In this document: positions 1 through 9,900 of the stretch, piece by piece
How the letters are laid out: the number at the start of each line of letters is the position of its first letter
Numbering within the stretch: the first letter of the stretch is position 1
Source of the DNA: an uncultured Solibacteraceae bacterium
Lineage (GTDB): Bacteria; Acidobacteriota; Vicinamibacteria; Vicinamibacterales; SCN-69-37
Length of the DNA: 49,645 nucleotides
NCBI GenBank assembly: GCA_964343975.1
Contig: CAYFLU010000005.1
Span: 1-49,645, forward strand
Reading direction: 5' to 3'
The notes under the pieces: generated by a model
The model's database searches: none
What the model was told of the DNA's origin: nothing
Seen by the model: the letters and a program-made list of their open reading frames with translations, nothing else
Made by a program: the position numbers and the translations under genes

Positions 1-621
1 GTAGATCATCGAGTTTCCGGGCACGTAGGCCAACGGCTCGAAGTAGTCCGCCAGGTGCTCCATCGTCACCGCCAGCCACGGACACGTCGGATGCACGTAG
101 TCCTGCTGAATGACGATGGAACGGCCGGGCACGAGGGCCGGAAAGAACTCGCGGACGATGACGTCGTTGATCGACCAGGTCTTGGCGAGGTCGATGAACA
201 ACACGTCGATCGCAACCTCCGCCGGCCAGGTGCAGTTCCGGACATCGCCCTCGTGCACCTCGAGCAGCGATGCCACCTCGCGCGTTTGCCAGTCAAAGAT
301 CGGCCGCACCGAATCGCCGGCGGCGAATGTGCCGAACTTCTTCAGATACGAACCGGCCTGATGCGCATCGGCCACGAACAGGTCGTAGGAATAAATCGCG
401 CCCCGACGCGTCAGACCGCGCGAGTTGGCCTGGACGCCCATGCCGAGTGCGAGCGTCGACCCGCCGAGGAAGCAGCCGGCGTAGATGATCGCGCCCTCGC
501 CGGTCCAGTAGTCGCGGCCCATGGCGTAGAGGAACTGACGCTCCTCCATCGACAACATCGTGACTACCGTGCGCACTTCCGGCGGCAGCGTCACCGATCG
601 CCACTCGCGAATCGCGTCCAT
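1..621 (-). CDS. Putative class I SAM-dependent methyltransferase-like protein, 3' end cut by the window edge. This ORF is not on the supplied track because it has no stop codon inside the window.
   Basis: My own translation of the reverse strand from ATG at 621..619 gives MDAIREWRSVTLPPEVRTVVTMLSMEERQFLYAMGRDYWTGEGAIIYAGCFLGGSTLALG...VLFIDLAKTWSINDVIVREFFPALVPGRSIVIQQDYV, in frame to position 1. The composition is protein-like with high GC3. A Gly-rich AGCFLGGST motif and a later acidic FIDL strand resemble a Rossmann methyltransferase fold. Confidence 0.6.
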   Translation of the reverse strand, partial: MDAIREWRSVTLPPEVRTVVTMLSMEERQFLYAMGRDYWTGEGAIIYAGCFLGGSTLALGMGVQANSRGLTRRGAIYSYDLFVADAHQAGSYLKKFGTFAAGDSVRPIFDWQTREVASLLEVHEGDVRNCTWPAEVAIDVLFIDLAKTWSINDVIVREFFPALVPGRSIVIQQDYVHPTCPWLAVTMEHLADYFEPLAYVPGNSMIY

Positions 622-681
622 GGTCACGTAGCGTAGCGCGTTCCCGCTCGCTCCACCACGCGACTTTGCTACGCTTGCGCC

Positions 682-3636
682 ATGCGCCGACCTCTTCTCG
701 TTGCGTTGTGGATGTGCGTGAGCCTTGCCGCCATCGCGCCGCTCTCCGCCCGCCAAACGCCACGCATCGACGCGTCGATCGTGTCCCCCACGCTCCAGTG
801 GCGGAACATCGGCCCGACACGCGGCGGACGCACCAAGGCGGCGGCCGGGATCCCGGCGCAGCCCAACATCTTCTATATCGGCGCGGTGAACGGCGGGGTG
901 TGGAAGACCACCGACTACGGCCGGACGTGGAAGCCGATCTTCGATGGTCAGCCCACCGGCTCGATCGGCGCCATCGCCATCGCGCCGTCGGATCCCAACG
1001 TCATCTATGTAGGCAGCGGCGAAGGCTTGCACCGGCCGGACCTCTCGACCGGTATGGGCATGTTCAAGTCCACCGACGGCGGCACGACCTGGACCCATCT
1101 CGGGCTGCGCGATTCCCAGCAGATCCCGCAGGTCATCGTTGATCCGCTGAACCCGAATCGTCTGTTCGTCGCCGCGCTCGGCCATCCGTACGGCCCCAAC
1201 GAAGAACGCGGCATCTTCCGGTCGATCGACGGCGGGCAGACCTTTCAGAAGGTGCTCTACAAAGACGAGAACACCGGCGGCGCCGATCTCGCCTTCGATC
1301 CGTCGAACAGCAACACGATCTACGCCACGCTGTGGGAACAGCGCCAGGCGCCGTGGGAGAACGGCGTCTTCACGGGTCCGGGCAGCGCGGTCTACAAGTC
1401 GACCGACGGCGGCACGACGTGGAAACAGATCATGACCGGACTCCCGACCTATGCCGGCGACGGCATCGGCCGGATCGGCATCACGGTCGCGCCATCGCTC
1501 CCCTCGCGCCTCTTCGCCACGGTGGATGCGCGGCAGAACGGTGGCTTGTATCGCTCGGACGATGGCGGCGAGCACTGGCGGATGGTGGGCACGGACGCGC
1601 GCGTGACATCGCGCGAAGACGACTTCGCTGAAGTGAAGGTGGATCCGAAGAATCCGGACATCGTCTACACCGCCAGCATCGTGACTTGGAAATCGACGGA
1701 TGGCGGCAACACGTTCAGCGCGCTCAAGGGCGCGCCGGGCGGCGATGACTACCATCGCCTGTGGATCAACCCGAACGATCCGAAGATCATGCTGCTCGCC
1801 GGCGATCAGGGCGCGGTGATCACGGTGAACGGCGGCGAGACCTGGAGCAGCTGGTACAACCAACCGACCGCGCAGATGTACCACGTGAGCGCCGACAACG
1901 CGTTTCCGTATCGCGTGTGCAGCGGCCAGCAGGACAGCGGCTCGGTGTGCGTGTCGAGCCGCGGCGATGACGGCGCGATCACGATCCGCGACTGGCATCC
2001 GGTGGGCGTCGAAGAGTGGGGCTACATCGCGCCGGATCCGAGCGATCCCGACATCGTGTTTGGCGGCAAGCTCACGCGCTACGACCGGCGGACGATGCAG
2101 ACGCACGACGTGATTCCGCTCGGCACACCAGACACCACACGCACGTTGCGCACGGCGCCGGTGCTCTTCTCGCCGATCGAGAAGATGTCGCTGTTCTTCG
2201 GCGCGAACGTGATCTGGAAATCGACGACCAGCGGCCAGAGCTGGACGCAGATCAGCGGCGACCTCTCGCGCCCAGCGTGGCAAGCCCCCCAAAATGTCGG
2301 GAGTTATCTCAGCTCACCCGACGCCAAGAGCACCCGCCGTGGCGTGGTCTATGCGATGGCGCCCTCCCCCATCGACGTGAACGTGCTCTGGGCGGGCACC
2401 GATGACGGCCTCATCCATCAAACGCGCGACGGTGGCAAGACCTGGACCGATGTCACGCCCGCGCAACTCACGCCGTGGGCCAAGGTGTCGATCATGGACG
2501 CGTCGCACTTCGACGTGACGAGTGCCTACGCGGCCATCAACACGCTGCGCCTCGACGAGCTGCATCCGTACATCTACCGCACGCGCAACAACGGCAAGAC
2601 CTGGGACCGCATCACGAACGGCCTCCCCGACGGCACGATCGTCAACGTCGTCCGCGAGGATCCGCTGCGCCGCGGCCTGCTCTTCGCCGGCACCGAGCAA
2701 GGCGTGTATCTCTCGTTCGACGACGGGGAGTCGTGGCAGTCGCTGCGTCTCAACATGCCGGCCGTGTCGATCCGCGACCTCATCATCAAAGACGACGACC
2801 TCGTCGTGGGCACGCACGGGCGCGGCTTCTGGATCCTCGACGACATCACGCCGCTCCGGCAGATCACGGCCGACATCATCACGCGCACGCAGACGTTCCT
2901 CTTCAAACCGACGACGGCGTGGCGGTTCCGCTGGAACAAGAACACGGACACGCCGTGGCCGCCGGATGAGCCGACGATGCCGAACCCGGCGGATGGCGTG
3001 GGCATCAACTACCTGCTGAGCCCCGGCGTGAGCGGCCCCGTCACGATCGACATCGTGGATCCGACCGGCGGACAGAACCGCGTGATCCGTCACTTCTCGA
3101 GCGACGATCCCGACGAGCCGCTCGTGCCGCTCGAGGAACGCAACATCCCCGATCACTGGATCCGGCCGCAGCAGAAGCTCGCGAATACGCCCGGCCTGCA
3201 CCGGTTCATCTGGGACCTGCGCCTCGCGCGCCCGGCCGCCGACACGTTCGCCTATCCGATCTCGGCGATCAGCGGCTACACGCCGAAGGAGCCGCGCGGC
3301 GCGTTCGTGCTGCCGGGGGCATACGTGATCCGCATGGTCGTGAACGGCCGCACGTTCGCGCAGGGGCTCACCGTGAAGATGGACCCGCGCGTGAAGACGT
3401 CCATCGCGGACCTCACGCTGCAGTTCACGCTGTCGAAGAAATTGACCGACCTGATGCAACAGCTCGTGGAGGCGAAGAAGAAGGGCCCGAACGCCGCGAT
3501 CGACGCGGCCTACGCGCCACTCACCGACCTCTTCGTGCGATTGCAGGATGCCGACGTGCGGCCGACCGCCGCGGTCGAAGCCGCCGCGAACGCCGCCATC
3601 GCGAAAGCGGAGGCGGCGCTCGCGGCCGTGAAATAG
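682..3636 (+). CDS. Secreted BNR/Asp-box repeat protein (sortilin/VPS10-like, GH74-like beta-propeller)
   Basis: 984-aa ORF with an N-terminal signal peptide (MRRPLLVALWMCVSLAAIAPLSA). Asp-box motifs recur: STDGGTTW twice, SIDGGQTF, SDDGGEHW, STDGGNTF, TRDGGKTW, SFDDGESW. Confidence 0.85.
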   Translation: MRRPLLVALWMCVSLAAIAPLSARQTPRIDASIVSPTLQWRNIGPTRGGRTKAAAGIPAQPNIFYIGAVNGGVWKTTDYGRTWKPIFDGQPTGSIGAIAIAPSDPNVIYVGSGEGLHRPDLSTGMGMFKSTDGGTTWTHLGLRDSQQIPQVIVDPLNPNRLFVAALGHPYGPNEERGIFRSIDGGQTFQKVLYKDENTGGADLAFDPSNSNTIYATLWEQRQAPWENGVFTGPGSAVYKSTDGGTTWKQIMTGLPTYAGDGIGRIGITVAPSLPSRLFATVDARQNGGLYRSDDGGEHWRMVGTDARVTSREDDFAEVKVDPKNPDIVYTASIVTWKSTDGGNTFSALKGAPGGDDYHRLWINPNDPKIMLLAGDQGAVITVNGGETWSSWYNQPTAQMYHVSADNAFPYRVCSGQQDSGSVCVSSRGDDGAITIRDWHPVGVEEWGYIAPDPSDPDIVFGGKLTRYDRRTMQTHDVIPLGTPDTTRTLRTAPVLFSPIEKMSLFFGANVIWKSTTSGQSWTQISGDLSRPAWQAPQNVGSYLSSPDAKSTRRGVVYAMAPSPIDVNVLWAGTDDGLIHQTRDGGKTWTDVTPAQLTPWAKVSIMDASHFDVTSAYAAINTLRLDELHPYIYRTRNNGKTWDRITNGLPDGTIVNVVREDPLRRGLLFAGTEQGVYLSFDDGESWQSLRLNMPAVSIRDLIIKDDDLVVGTHGRGFWILDDITPLRQITADIITRTQTFLFKPTTAWRFRWNKNTDTPWPPDEPTMPNPADGVGINYLLSPGVSGPVTIDIVDPTGGQNRVIRHFSSDDPDEPLVPLEERNIPDHWIRPQQKLANTPGLHRFIWDLRLARPAADTFAYPISAISGYTPKEPRGAFVLPGAYVIRMVVNGRTFAQGLTVKMDPRVKTSIADLTLQFTLSKKLTDLMQQLVEAKKKGPNAAIDAAYAPLTDLFVRLQDADVRPTAAVEAAANAAIAKAEAALAAVK

Positions 3637-3648
3637 CGCGTCAGGGTA

Positions 3649-3670
3649 CCCGGGACCTGAAGGTCCCGGG
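3649..3670. terminator. GC-rich hairpin between convergent genes (possible bidirectional terminator)
   Basis: cccgggacc-tgaa-ggtcccggg forms a 9-bp perfect stem with a 4-nt loop. It lies between the BNR gene stop (3636) and the ALDH gene stop (3694). There is no strong T-tract. Confidence 0.5.
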
Positions 3671-3693
3671 CTCCAATCAGAACGTCCCCTTCG

Positions 3694-5226
3694 CTAGAGG
3701 TCGAATTTGATGCCCTGCGCGAGCGGGAGCGCGTCGGACCAATTGACCGTGTTCGTCTGGCGCCGCATGTAGGCCTTCCATGCGTCGGAGCCCGACTCAC
3801 GGCCGCCGCCGGTTTCCTTCTCGCCGCCGAACGCGCCGCCGATTTCGGCGCCGCTCGTGCCAATGTTCACGTTCGCGATGCCGCAGTCGGAGCCGTGCGG
3901 CGACAGGAACTCTTCCGCGCGACGCATGCTCTCGGTGAAGATCGCGCTCGACAACCCCTGCGGCACGCCGTTGTGCAGCGCCAGCGCCTCCGAGAAGTCG
4001 GTGTATTCGAGCAGATACAGGATCGGCGCGAAGGTCTCCGCCTTCACGATGTCCGTCTGCGCCGGCATCTTGATGATCGTCGGCTCCACGTGCTGCGGGC
4101 CGATGTCGGGCCGGCGTTTGCCGCCGCAGAGCACCTGCCCGCCCTGCGCCTTGGCCGCCTCGATGGCGGCCATCATGTCGTCCACCGCCTGCGGCGTGAC
4201 GAGCGGGCCCATGAGCGTGCCCGCCGCGAGCGGATCGCCGATCGGCACCTGCTTGTAGATCTTCAGCAACATCTCGGTCAGCGCCGGCGCCACACTCGTG
4301 TGCGCGATGATGCGGCGCGTGCTCGTGCAGCGCTGCCCCGCCGTGCCCACGGCGCCAAACGCGATCGCGCGCGACGCGAGATCGAGCCGCGCGCCTTCCG
4401 TGACGATGATCGCGTTGTTGCCGCCCAGTTCGAGGATCGTGCGGCCGAAGCGCCCCGCCACCGTCGACGACACGTGCTTGCCGACCGCCGTCGAACCGGT
4501 GAACGAGATGAGCGGCAACCGATGGTCGTTGAGCATCGCCTCGCCGACCGTCGAGCCTTTGCCGACGACGAGCGAGCACAGGCCCGTGAGTCCGTGATCC
4601 GCGAGGACCTTGTTGGCGATGTGCGTCACCGCCACGCCGCAGAGCGGCGCCGGCTCGGCCGGCTTCCAGATCACCGGATCGCCGCACACGAGCGCGATCG
4701 CGGCATTCCACGCCCACACCGCCACCGGGAAGTTGAACGCGGTGATCACGCCCACCGGGCCGAGCGGCTGCCACTGCTCCATCATCCGGTGCCCCGGCCG
4801 CTCGGACGCGAGCGTGAGGCCATACAGCTGACGCGACAGACCCACCGCGAAGTCGCAGATGTCGATCATCTCCTGCACTTCGCCGTGGCCTTCCTGCCGG
4901 ATCTTGCCCATCTCGAGCGACACGAGGTCGCCGAGCGGTTCCTTCATCTCGCGTAGCGCCGTGCCGAGATCACGCACCACGTCGCCGCGCTTCGGCGCCG
5001 GCACGTCGCGCCACGTCTGAAACGCCTTCTCGGCCGCGTCGATCACCAGGCCCGTGGTGGCGGCCGAGGCCTTCAGCACCTTGGCGATCGGTTCGCCCGT
5101 CGTCGGATTGATCGAAACGAGCGCGTCGGCATTCGACTCGACGATCCAGCGGTCGGGCCCCGTGCAGGTGCCCGGATTCACGTCTTTGATCTGAAGTTTT
5201 TTTAGCAGCGCCGCCGTATCAGCCAT
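3694..5226 (-). CDS. ALDH7-family aldehyde dehydrogenase (alpha-aminoadipic semialdehyde / piperideine-6-carboxylate dehydrogenase type)
   Basis: The track ORF 3694..5484 is trimmed to the internal ATG at 5226 (MADTAALLKKLQIKDVNPGTCTG...), giving 510 aa. The C-terminus GRESGSDAWKAYMRRQTNTVNWSDALPLAQGIKFDL and the ELGGNNA and catalytic-Cys region (GTAGQRCTS) match what I remember of antiquitin-type ALDH7. Confidence 0.85.
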   Translation of the reverse strand: MADTAALLKKLQIKDVNPGTCTGPDRWIVESNADALVSINPTTGEPIAKVLKASAATTGLVIDAAEKAFQTWRDVPAPKRGDVVRDLGTALREMKEPLGDLVSLEMGKIRQEGHGEVQEMIDICDFAVGLSRQLYGLTLASERPGHRMMEQWQPLGPVGVITAFNFPVAVWAWNAAIALVCGDPVIWKPAEPAPLCGVAVTHIANKVLADHGLTGLCSLVVGKGSTVGEAMLNDHRLPLISFTGSTAVGKHVSSTVAGRFGRTILELGGNNAIIVTEGARLDLASRAIAFGAVGTAGQRCTSTRRIIAHTSVAPALTEMLLKIYKQVPIGDPLAAGTLMGPLVTPQAVDDMMAAIEAAKAQGGQVLCGGKRRPDIGPQHVEPTIIKMPAQTDIVKAETFAPILYLLEYTDFSEALALHNGVPQGLSSAIFTESMRRAEEFLSPHGSDCGIANVNIGTSGAEIGGAFGGEKETGGGRESGSDAWKAYMRRQTNTVNWSDALPLAQGIKFDL

Positions 5227-5269
5227 ACGACTGACGATATCACTTGGCGTTTTGCTATTCTCGCGGCAC

Positions 5270-6049
5270 ATGACTGCCCTGCTCGGCGCTGCCGCACTCT
5301 CGGCGCTTCTGGCGCAAACACCGACGTCACCACCACCGCCCGCGCCGGTGGTCGCACCCACCGTTGCCAATCCCTTCACGAACCTGCTGCCGAATCTCGG
5401 CGAGGATGTGCGCGCGATGCCGACGCTCGAGAACGCCGGCATTCTCGCCGTGGGCGGTGTGCTCTCGCTCGTGTTCAAGAACAATCACGACGAGCGACTG
5501 CACACATGGGTACTCGAGCAGACCTCCGATTCATCGGTCGCCTCGGTCGGCAATGTACTCGGCGATGGGATCACGCAGGGCGCGGCCGCGGTGGCAGTGT
5601 GGGCGATCGGACGCGGCACTGGCAGCGTGCGCGCCGAATCGACCGGCGCGACGCTCATTCGCGCGCAGATTCTGAATGGCCTCTTCACGCAGGGCCTGAA
5701 GCTGGCCGTGGACCGCACGCGGCCCGACGGCGGTTCGCATTCGTTTCCGTCCGGCCACACGTCGGCGGCATTCGCCACCGCGGCGGTGCTCCATCACGAG
5801 TTCGGTCTCGGCGCGGCGGTGCCCGCGTACGCGCTCGGCGGACTGATCGGCTGGTCGCGCGTGCGCTCCAACCATCATTGGTTGAGTGATGTGGCGTTTG
5901 GTGCGGCGCTGGGCCTGGTGGCCGGCCGCGCGGCCTCTCACAGCGCCCCGACCGGGTGGTCGGTTGTGCCGGTGAAAACGCCCGGCGGCGCCGCGCTCTA
6001 CGTCGTCAGGACCGGACGGGCGCCAGCCGCGTCACGGCCACCGCGGTAA
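5270..6049 (+). CDS. PAP2-superfamily phosphatase (membrane or secreted acid phosphatase, phosphatidic acid phosphatase type 2)
   Basis: PAP2 signature elements are present: KLAVDRTRPD, FPSGHTSAAFA, SRVRSNHHWLSDV. There is a signal-like N-terminus MTALLGAAALSALLAQTP. I prefer the start at ATG 5270 over the TTG at 5252 used on the track. Confidence 0.8.
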   Translation: MTALLGAAALSALLAQTPTSPPPPAPVVAPTVANPFTNLLPNLGEDVRAMPTLENAGILAVGGVLSLVFKNNHDERLHTWVLEQTSDSSVASVGNVLGDGITQGAAAVAVWAIGRGTGSVRAESTGATLIRAQILNGLFTQGLKLAVDRTRPDGGSHSFPSGHTSAAFATAAVLHHEFGLGAAVPAYALGGLIGWSRVRSNHHWLSDVAFGAALGLVAGRAASHSAPTGWSVVPVKTPGGAALYVVRTGRAPAASRPPR

Positions 6050-6413
6050 GGGCGCAGGTCACGCCGCCCCACACGGTGTCGACGATCGCGAACGTGAGCG
6101 AGTAGTTGCGAAGCGTTGAGTAGTTGGTGAAGTCGTAGACGCCGAACAGGACCCAGCCGAACAGGGCGCCGTACTGCAGTGCCACGCGCATGGAGCCGTT
6201 GCTCGCGCGGGGCACGACGAAGATTGCGATGCCCGCCGCCATCAGCAGATACACCGGCAAGGTGGCCGCCCAATTGGGCGCCAGTGAGCCATCCGGGGCT
6301 GTCAGGGCAATCGGACCGAGCTGCTGGCGGTAAAACCAGCCCATCAACAGGCCGAGCCAGAGCGCGTCCAGGACGGCAAAGCTCGCGGCGGCGATGACAA
6401 GACGCTTGATCAC
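6006..6413 (-). CDS. Small integral membrane protein, DUF2177-like
   Basis: 135 aa with about 4 hydrophobic helices. The N-terminus MIKRLVIAAASFAVLDALWLGLLMGWFYRQQLGP resembles my memory of DUF2177. Its 3' end overlaps the convergent PAP2 gene by 44 nt. Confidence 0.6.
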   Translation of the reverse strand: MIKRLVIAAASFAVLDALWLGLLMGWFYRQQLGPIALTAPDGSLAPNWAATLPVYLLMAAGIAIFVVPRASNGSMRVALQYGALFGWVLFGVYDFTNYSTLRNYSLTFAIVDTVWGGVTCALTAVAVTRLAPVRS

Positions 6414-6441
6414 TACTTTGCTATGACGCCGGGGCTCGCGC

Positions 6442-6873
6442 CTACGTCCCCGTGGACCCGAATCCGCCGCGATCGGGCCCGGCGGCGGTCGCCACTTCCT
6501 CGAACTCGGCCCGCACGAACGGCAGGATCACGCCCTGCGCGATCCGGTCTCCGCGCCGCACGATCACCGGCGCGGTTGTGACGTTCATGACCTGAATCTT
6601 CAGCTGATCCGTCGGACCGGAGTAGTCCGAGTCGAGCACCCCGACCCCGTTGGCGACAACGAGGCCCTTCTTGAGCGGCGTGCTCGAGCGGGCAAAGATG
6701 CCGAGGAAGTGCCCGGCCGGCACGGCAAACACGAGTCCGGTCGGGATCAAGACGATCTGACCGGGCTCAACCGTGACATCAGCGGAAGCCGCGAGGTCGA
6801 ACCCCGCGGCGCCGGCCGTCTGATACGACGGCAGCGGCACCGTGGGGTCGAGACGAACGATAGCAATGCGCAT
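6442..6873 (-). CDS. dut: dUTP diphosphatase
   Basis: 143 aa with dUTPase motifs AGFDL, GVGVLDSDYSGP, RIAQ and a C-terminal RGGFGSTG. Confidence 0.92.
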   Translation of the reverse strand: MRIAIVRLDPTVPLPSYQTAGAAGFDLAASADVTVEPGQIVLIPTGLVFAVPAGHFLGIFARSSTPLKKGLVVANGVGVLDSDYSGPTDQLKIQVMNVTTAPVIVRRGDRIAQGVILPFVRAEFEEVATAAGPDRGGFGSTGT

Positions 6874-6880
6874 GCGTGTT

Positions 6881-6902
6881 CCCCCGGCCCGAAGGCCGGG
6901 GG
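6881..6902 (-). terminator. GC hairpin between the S9 peptidase stop and the dut start
   Basis: cccccggcc-cgaa-ggccggggg forms a 9-bp stem with a tetraloop. There is no T-tract, so it may be a stability or REP-like hairpin rather than a true terminator. Confidence 0.4.
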
Positions 6903-6915
6903 CTCCCTCACTTCT

Positions 6916-9900
6916 TCACTTCTTCTCGGAGGCCTTCTTGGCCTCTGCCGCCTTCTGGGCCGCCGTCTTGAAGAGCGGCGCCACGTCGCGCGTGCCCTTC
7001 TGCAAGAACGGCACGCCCTTGTCCATCCACTCCGGACGCGGCTTGCCGAGCAGGTAGTGATCGAAGAACTCGTCCATGTGCACGGTCCAGTACTTCATGT
7101 TGTCGCGGTTGCGGAGGCCGTGCGGCTCACCGTTGAACGAGAACATGTAGGCCTCTTTGCCGAGGCGGCGCATCGCGGTGTTGAACTCGATGCCCTGGTA
7201 CCACGGCACGGCATCGTCCGCGTCGTTGTGGATCGTGAGGTACGGCGTGTTGATGCGCTCGATCCAGAAGATCGGCGAGTTCTCGATGAACTGGAGCGGC
7301 GCATCCCACGGGGCGGCGCCGATGCGGCTCTGCGTCTTCTCGTACTGGAACTCGCGCACCATGCCCGTGCCCCAGCGGATGCCGCCGTAGGCGCTGATCA
7401 TGTTCGACACCGACGCGCCGGCTTCCACCGCGCGGAAGATGTTCGTCTGCGTGATCATGTACGTGATCTGGTACCCGCCCCACGAGTGACCCTGAATGCC
7501 GATCCGCTTCGGATCGATGTAGCCCTTCTCCACCACCGTGTTGATCGCCGGGATCACGCACTTCATCGCGCTCGGCCCCGGGTAGCCCGTCTCGTACACG
7601 ATGTTCGGCTCGAGGACGATGTAGCCCTGGCTGACGTAGCGCTGGATGTTGATCGACGTGCCGACGTTCGGCGCCACGTAGCCATGCAGGCCGTCGGCGA
7701 GTTCCTCGTAGATGTAGACCATCAGCGGATACTTCTTGTTCGGATCGAAGTTCTCCGGCTTGATCAGCAGCGACTCGAGCACCTTGCCGTCGCCGTTGAT
7801 GTACTTCATCACCTCGGCGTTGCCCATCACGTAGTCGGCCTGCTGCGGATTGACGTTCGACACCTTCTTCGGCGTCGTGAAGTTGCTGTCGCTCACCCAC
7901 AGGTCGGGGAACTCGCTGAACCGCTGCTCGGTGAACACGACCACATCGGCGTTCTTCGCCTTGGTGAGCGGCCCGATCCGCTTGTCGATCATCACGATCT
8001 TCTCGGGCGTGCCGCCGGCGTAGTTCACGCGGTAGTAGCCGGTCGCCTTCGTGTCCTTGTTCGTCGTGGACAGCAGCAACGGTTTCGTCGTCACGACGGT
8101 GCGCGGCGACTCGACGTCGAGCGGCACGCGATACCGGAACGTCAGATGCTGCTTGCGGCCTTCCCCGCCCGTGATCATGCGCGCGCCCGTGCCGTCCGGC
8201 TTCACTTCCCACACATCGAATTCGTCGTAGAGGAGCACGGTCTTGTCGCCGTCGGTCCAGCCGGCGCTGCCGAGCGAGGGCGGCAGATCGGGCGTGTCAT
8301 GGCCTTCGTCGAAGAACTTCACCGGCAGGCGCTCGGTGAGGTTCGTGCGCGTGCCGTCCGCGATGCGGTACGTGAACCAGTTCCCCTTCGGTTCATCGAA
8401 GTACAGGACGTAACCGCCGCCCGGCGACAGCGTCGCGTTGCCGTTGAAGTGTTCGAGAATCTTGCGGCGCGCGCCCGTCTTCAGGTCGACGAGCGAGACG
8501 TCGTTGTAGGTCGTGTCCCACGAGATCTCCTGCTGATACGGCAGGTCGCTCGTGCCGATCGCACGATTCGGATCGAGGCCCGGATTGACCGTCGGCAGAT
8601 CCGCCGTGGCCAGCTGCACGAACTGCTTGGTGGCCAGATGCACGATCGCGCGGTAGTTGCGCGTGCGCTCCTGCTGGGCGCGCACCTGCTGCATCGGCTG
8701 GATCTGGGCGTCCTTGTAGGACCAGAGGTCGACTTTCGTCGGCGTCGGGGCCTTCACGGCCGGATCGGCCGGCGGAGGCGGCGCGGGCGCCGTGCCGAGC
8801 ATCAGCCGCTGCCCGTCTTCCGTGAAGCGCGGCGCGAAGTTGTCGCTCACCACATGACCGGCCGCGATGCCCTTCGTCGCAGCCGACGCAAGTTCCTGCG
8901 CCGCGGCGTCGCCGACCTTCCAGTAATAGAGGCGATACGGCGACACCTTCTTGTCGTACTCAGCCTGATCACTGAGGAACGCGATCTGCGTCCCGGCCGT
9001 GTCCCACGCGAGGCTCTTGTAGTTGCCCTTGCCCTTCTGCAGGTTCACCACCGAGCCGTCGCTCATCTTGCGCGCAAACGCGCCGTCGTTCTCCGCCTTG
9101 GTCGACGACACGGTGTAGGCCAGCCACGAGCCGGTCTTGTTGAATTCGTAGTTGTTCACCTCGGCGATGGTCGTTTCCTGTCCCGTCGCGAGGTCACGGA
9201 TCACCAGATCGGTGCCCGCCGTCTTCGTTTTCTCGGGCGAGGCCGGCGTTGCGCCGCCTTCACCCTGCGCCGCCGGCTCTGCCGCGGCGGCCGCAGGCGC
9301 CGCCGCGCCACCGGCGCGACCGCCCCCCGCCGCACCACCGGCACGACCTGCCGCGCCACCAGCGCGTCCGCCACGGCCGGCGCCCTGCGCCGCACCCTTG
9401 CGATACACCACGTACGTCGAAGCCTCTTCCGCGAGCCGGAACGAGCCGACGCGGTCGATCGTCGTCACCTTGCCGTCGGCCATGTTCATGATGCCGAGGC
9501 TGTTGCGGTCGTTGCCGCCGCCGCCCGCGCCACCGCGCCCACCCGCGGGCGCCGCGGCCGCCGCACCACCACCGCCCTCGCCCTCGGCAGCGGGCGTGTC
9601 GGCCTTCGGCGGCACGATCGTGAACAGCAGGAACTTCCCGTCCGCCGTGAACTGCGGCGCCGTGCCGCGCGGCTGCTTGTATTCCTGGCCGCTCTTCAGA
9701 TTGCGCACGATCAATTCGCCGTCGTCGGCCTGCGCCGTCACGGCATATGCGAGCCACTGCCCGTCGTTCGAGAGCCGGGTGCCGGCAATCGAGCGCCAGG
9801 CATCCATCACGTCATAGGTCAGGGGTTTCTTCGTCGGACTCTGCGCGCCCGTGCGGACGGGCGACACGGTGAACATCGCGCACGCGACGCCGACAACGAC

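Noticed and set aside
5227-5484. N-terminal extension of the ALDH ORF. Similar upstream extensions occur on track ORFs 15329.., 36409.., 36621.., 37595.., ..40642, ..46271, 47280.., 48490.., ..10338 and ..14355.
   Set aside because: The extensions read through intergenic DNA, terminators, repeats or the preceding gene. In each case an internal start restores a family-typical N-terminus, often with a signal peptide and a GGAG-like ribosome-binding site.
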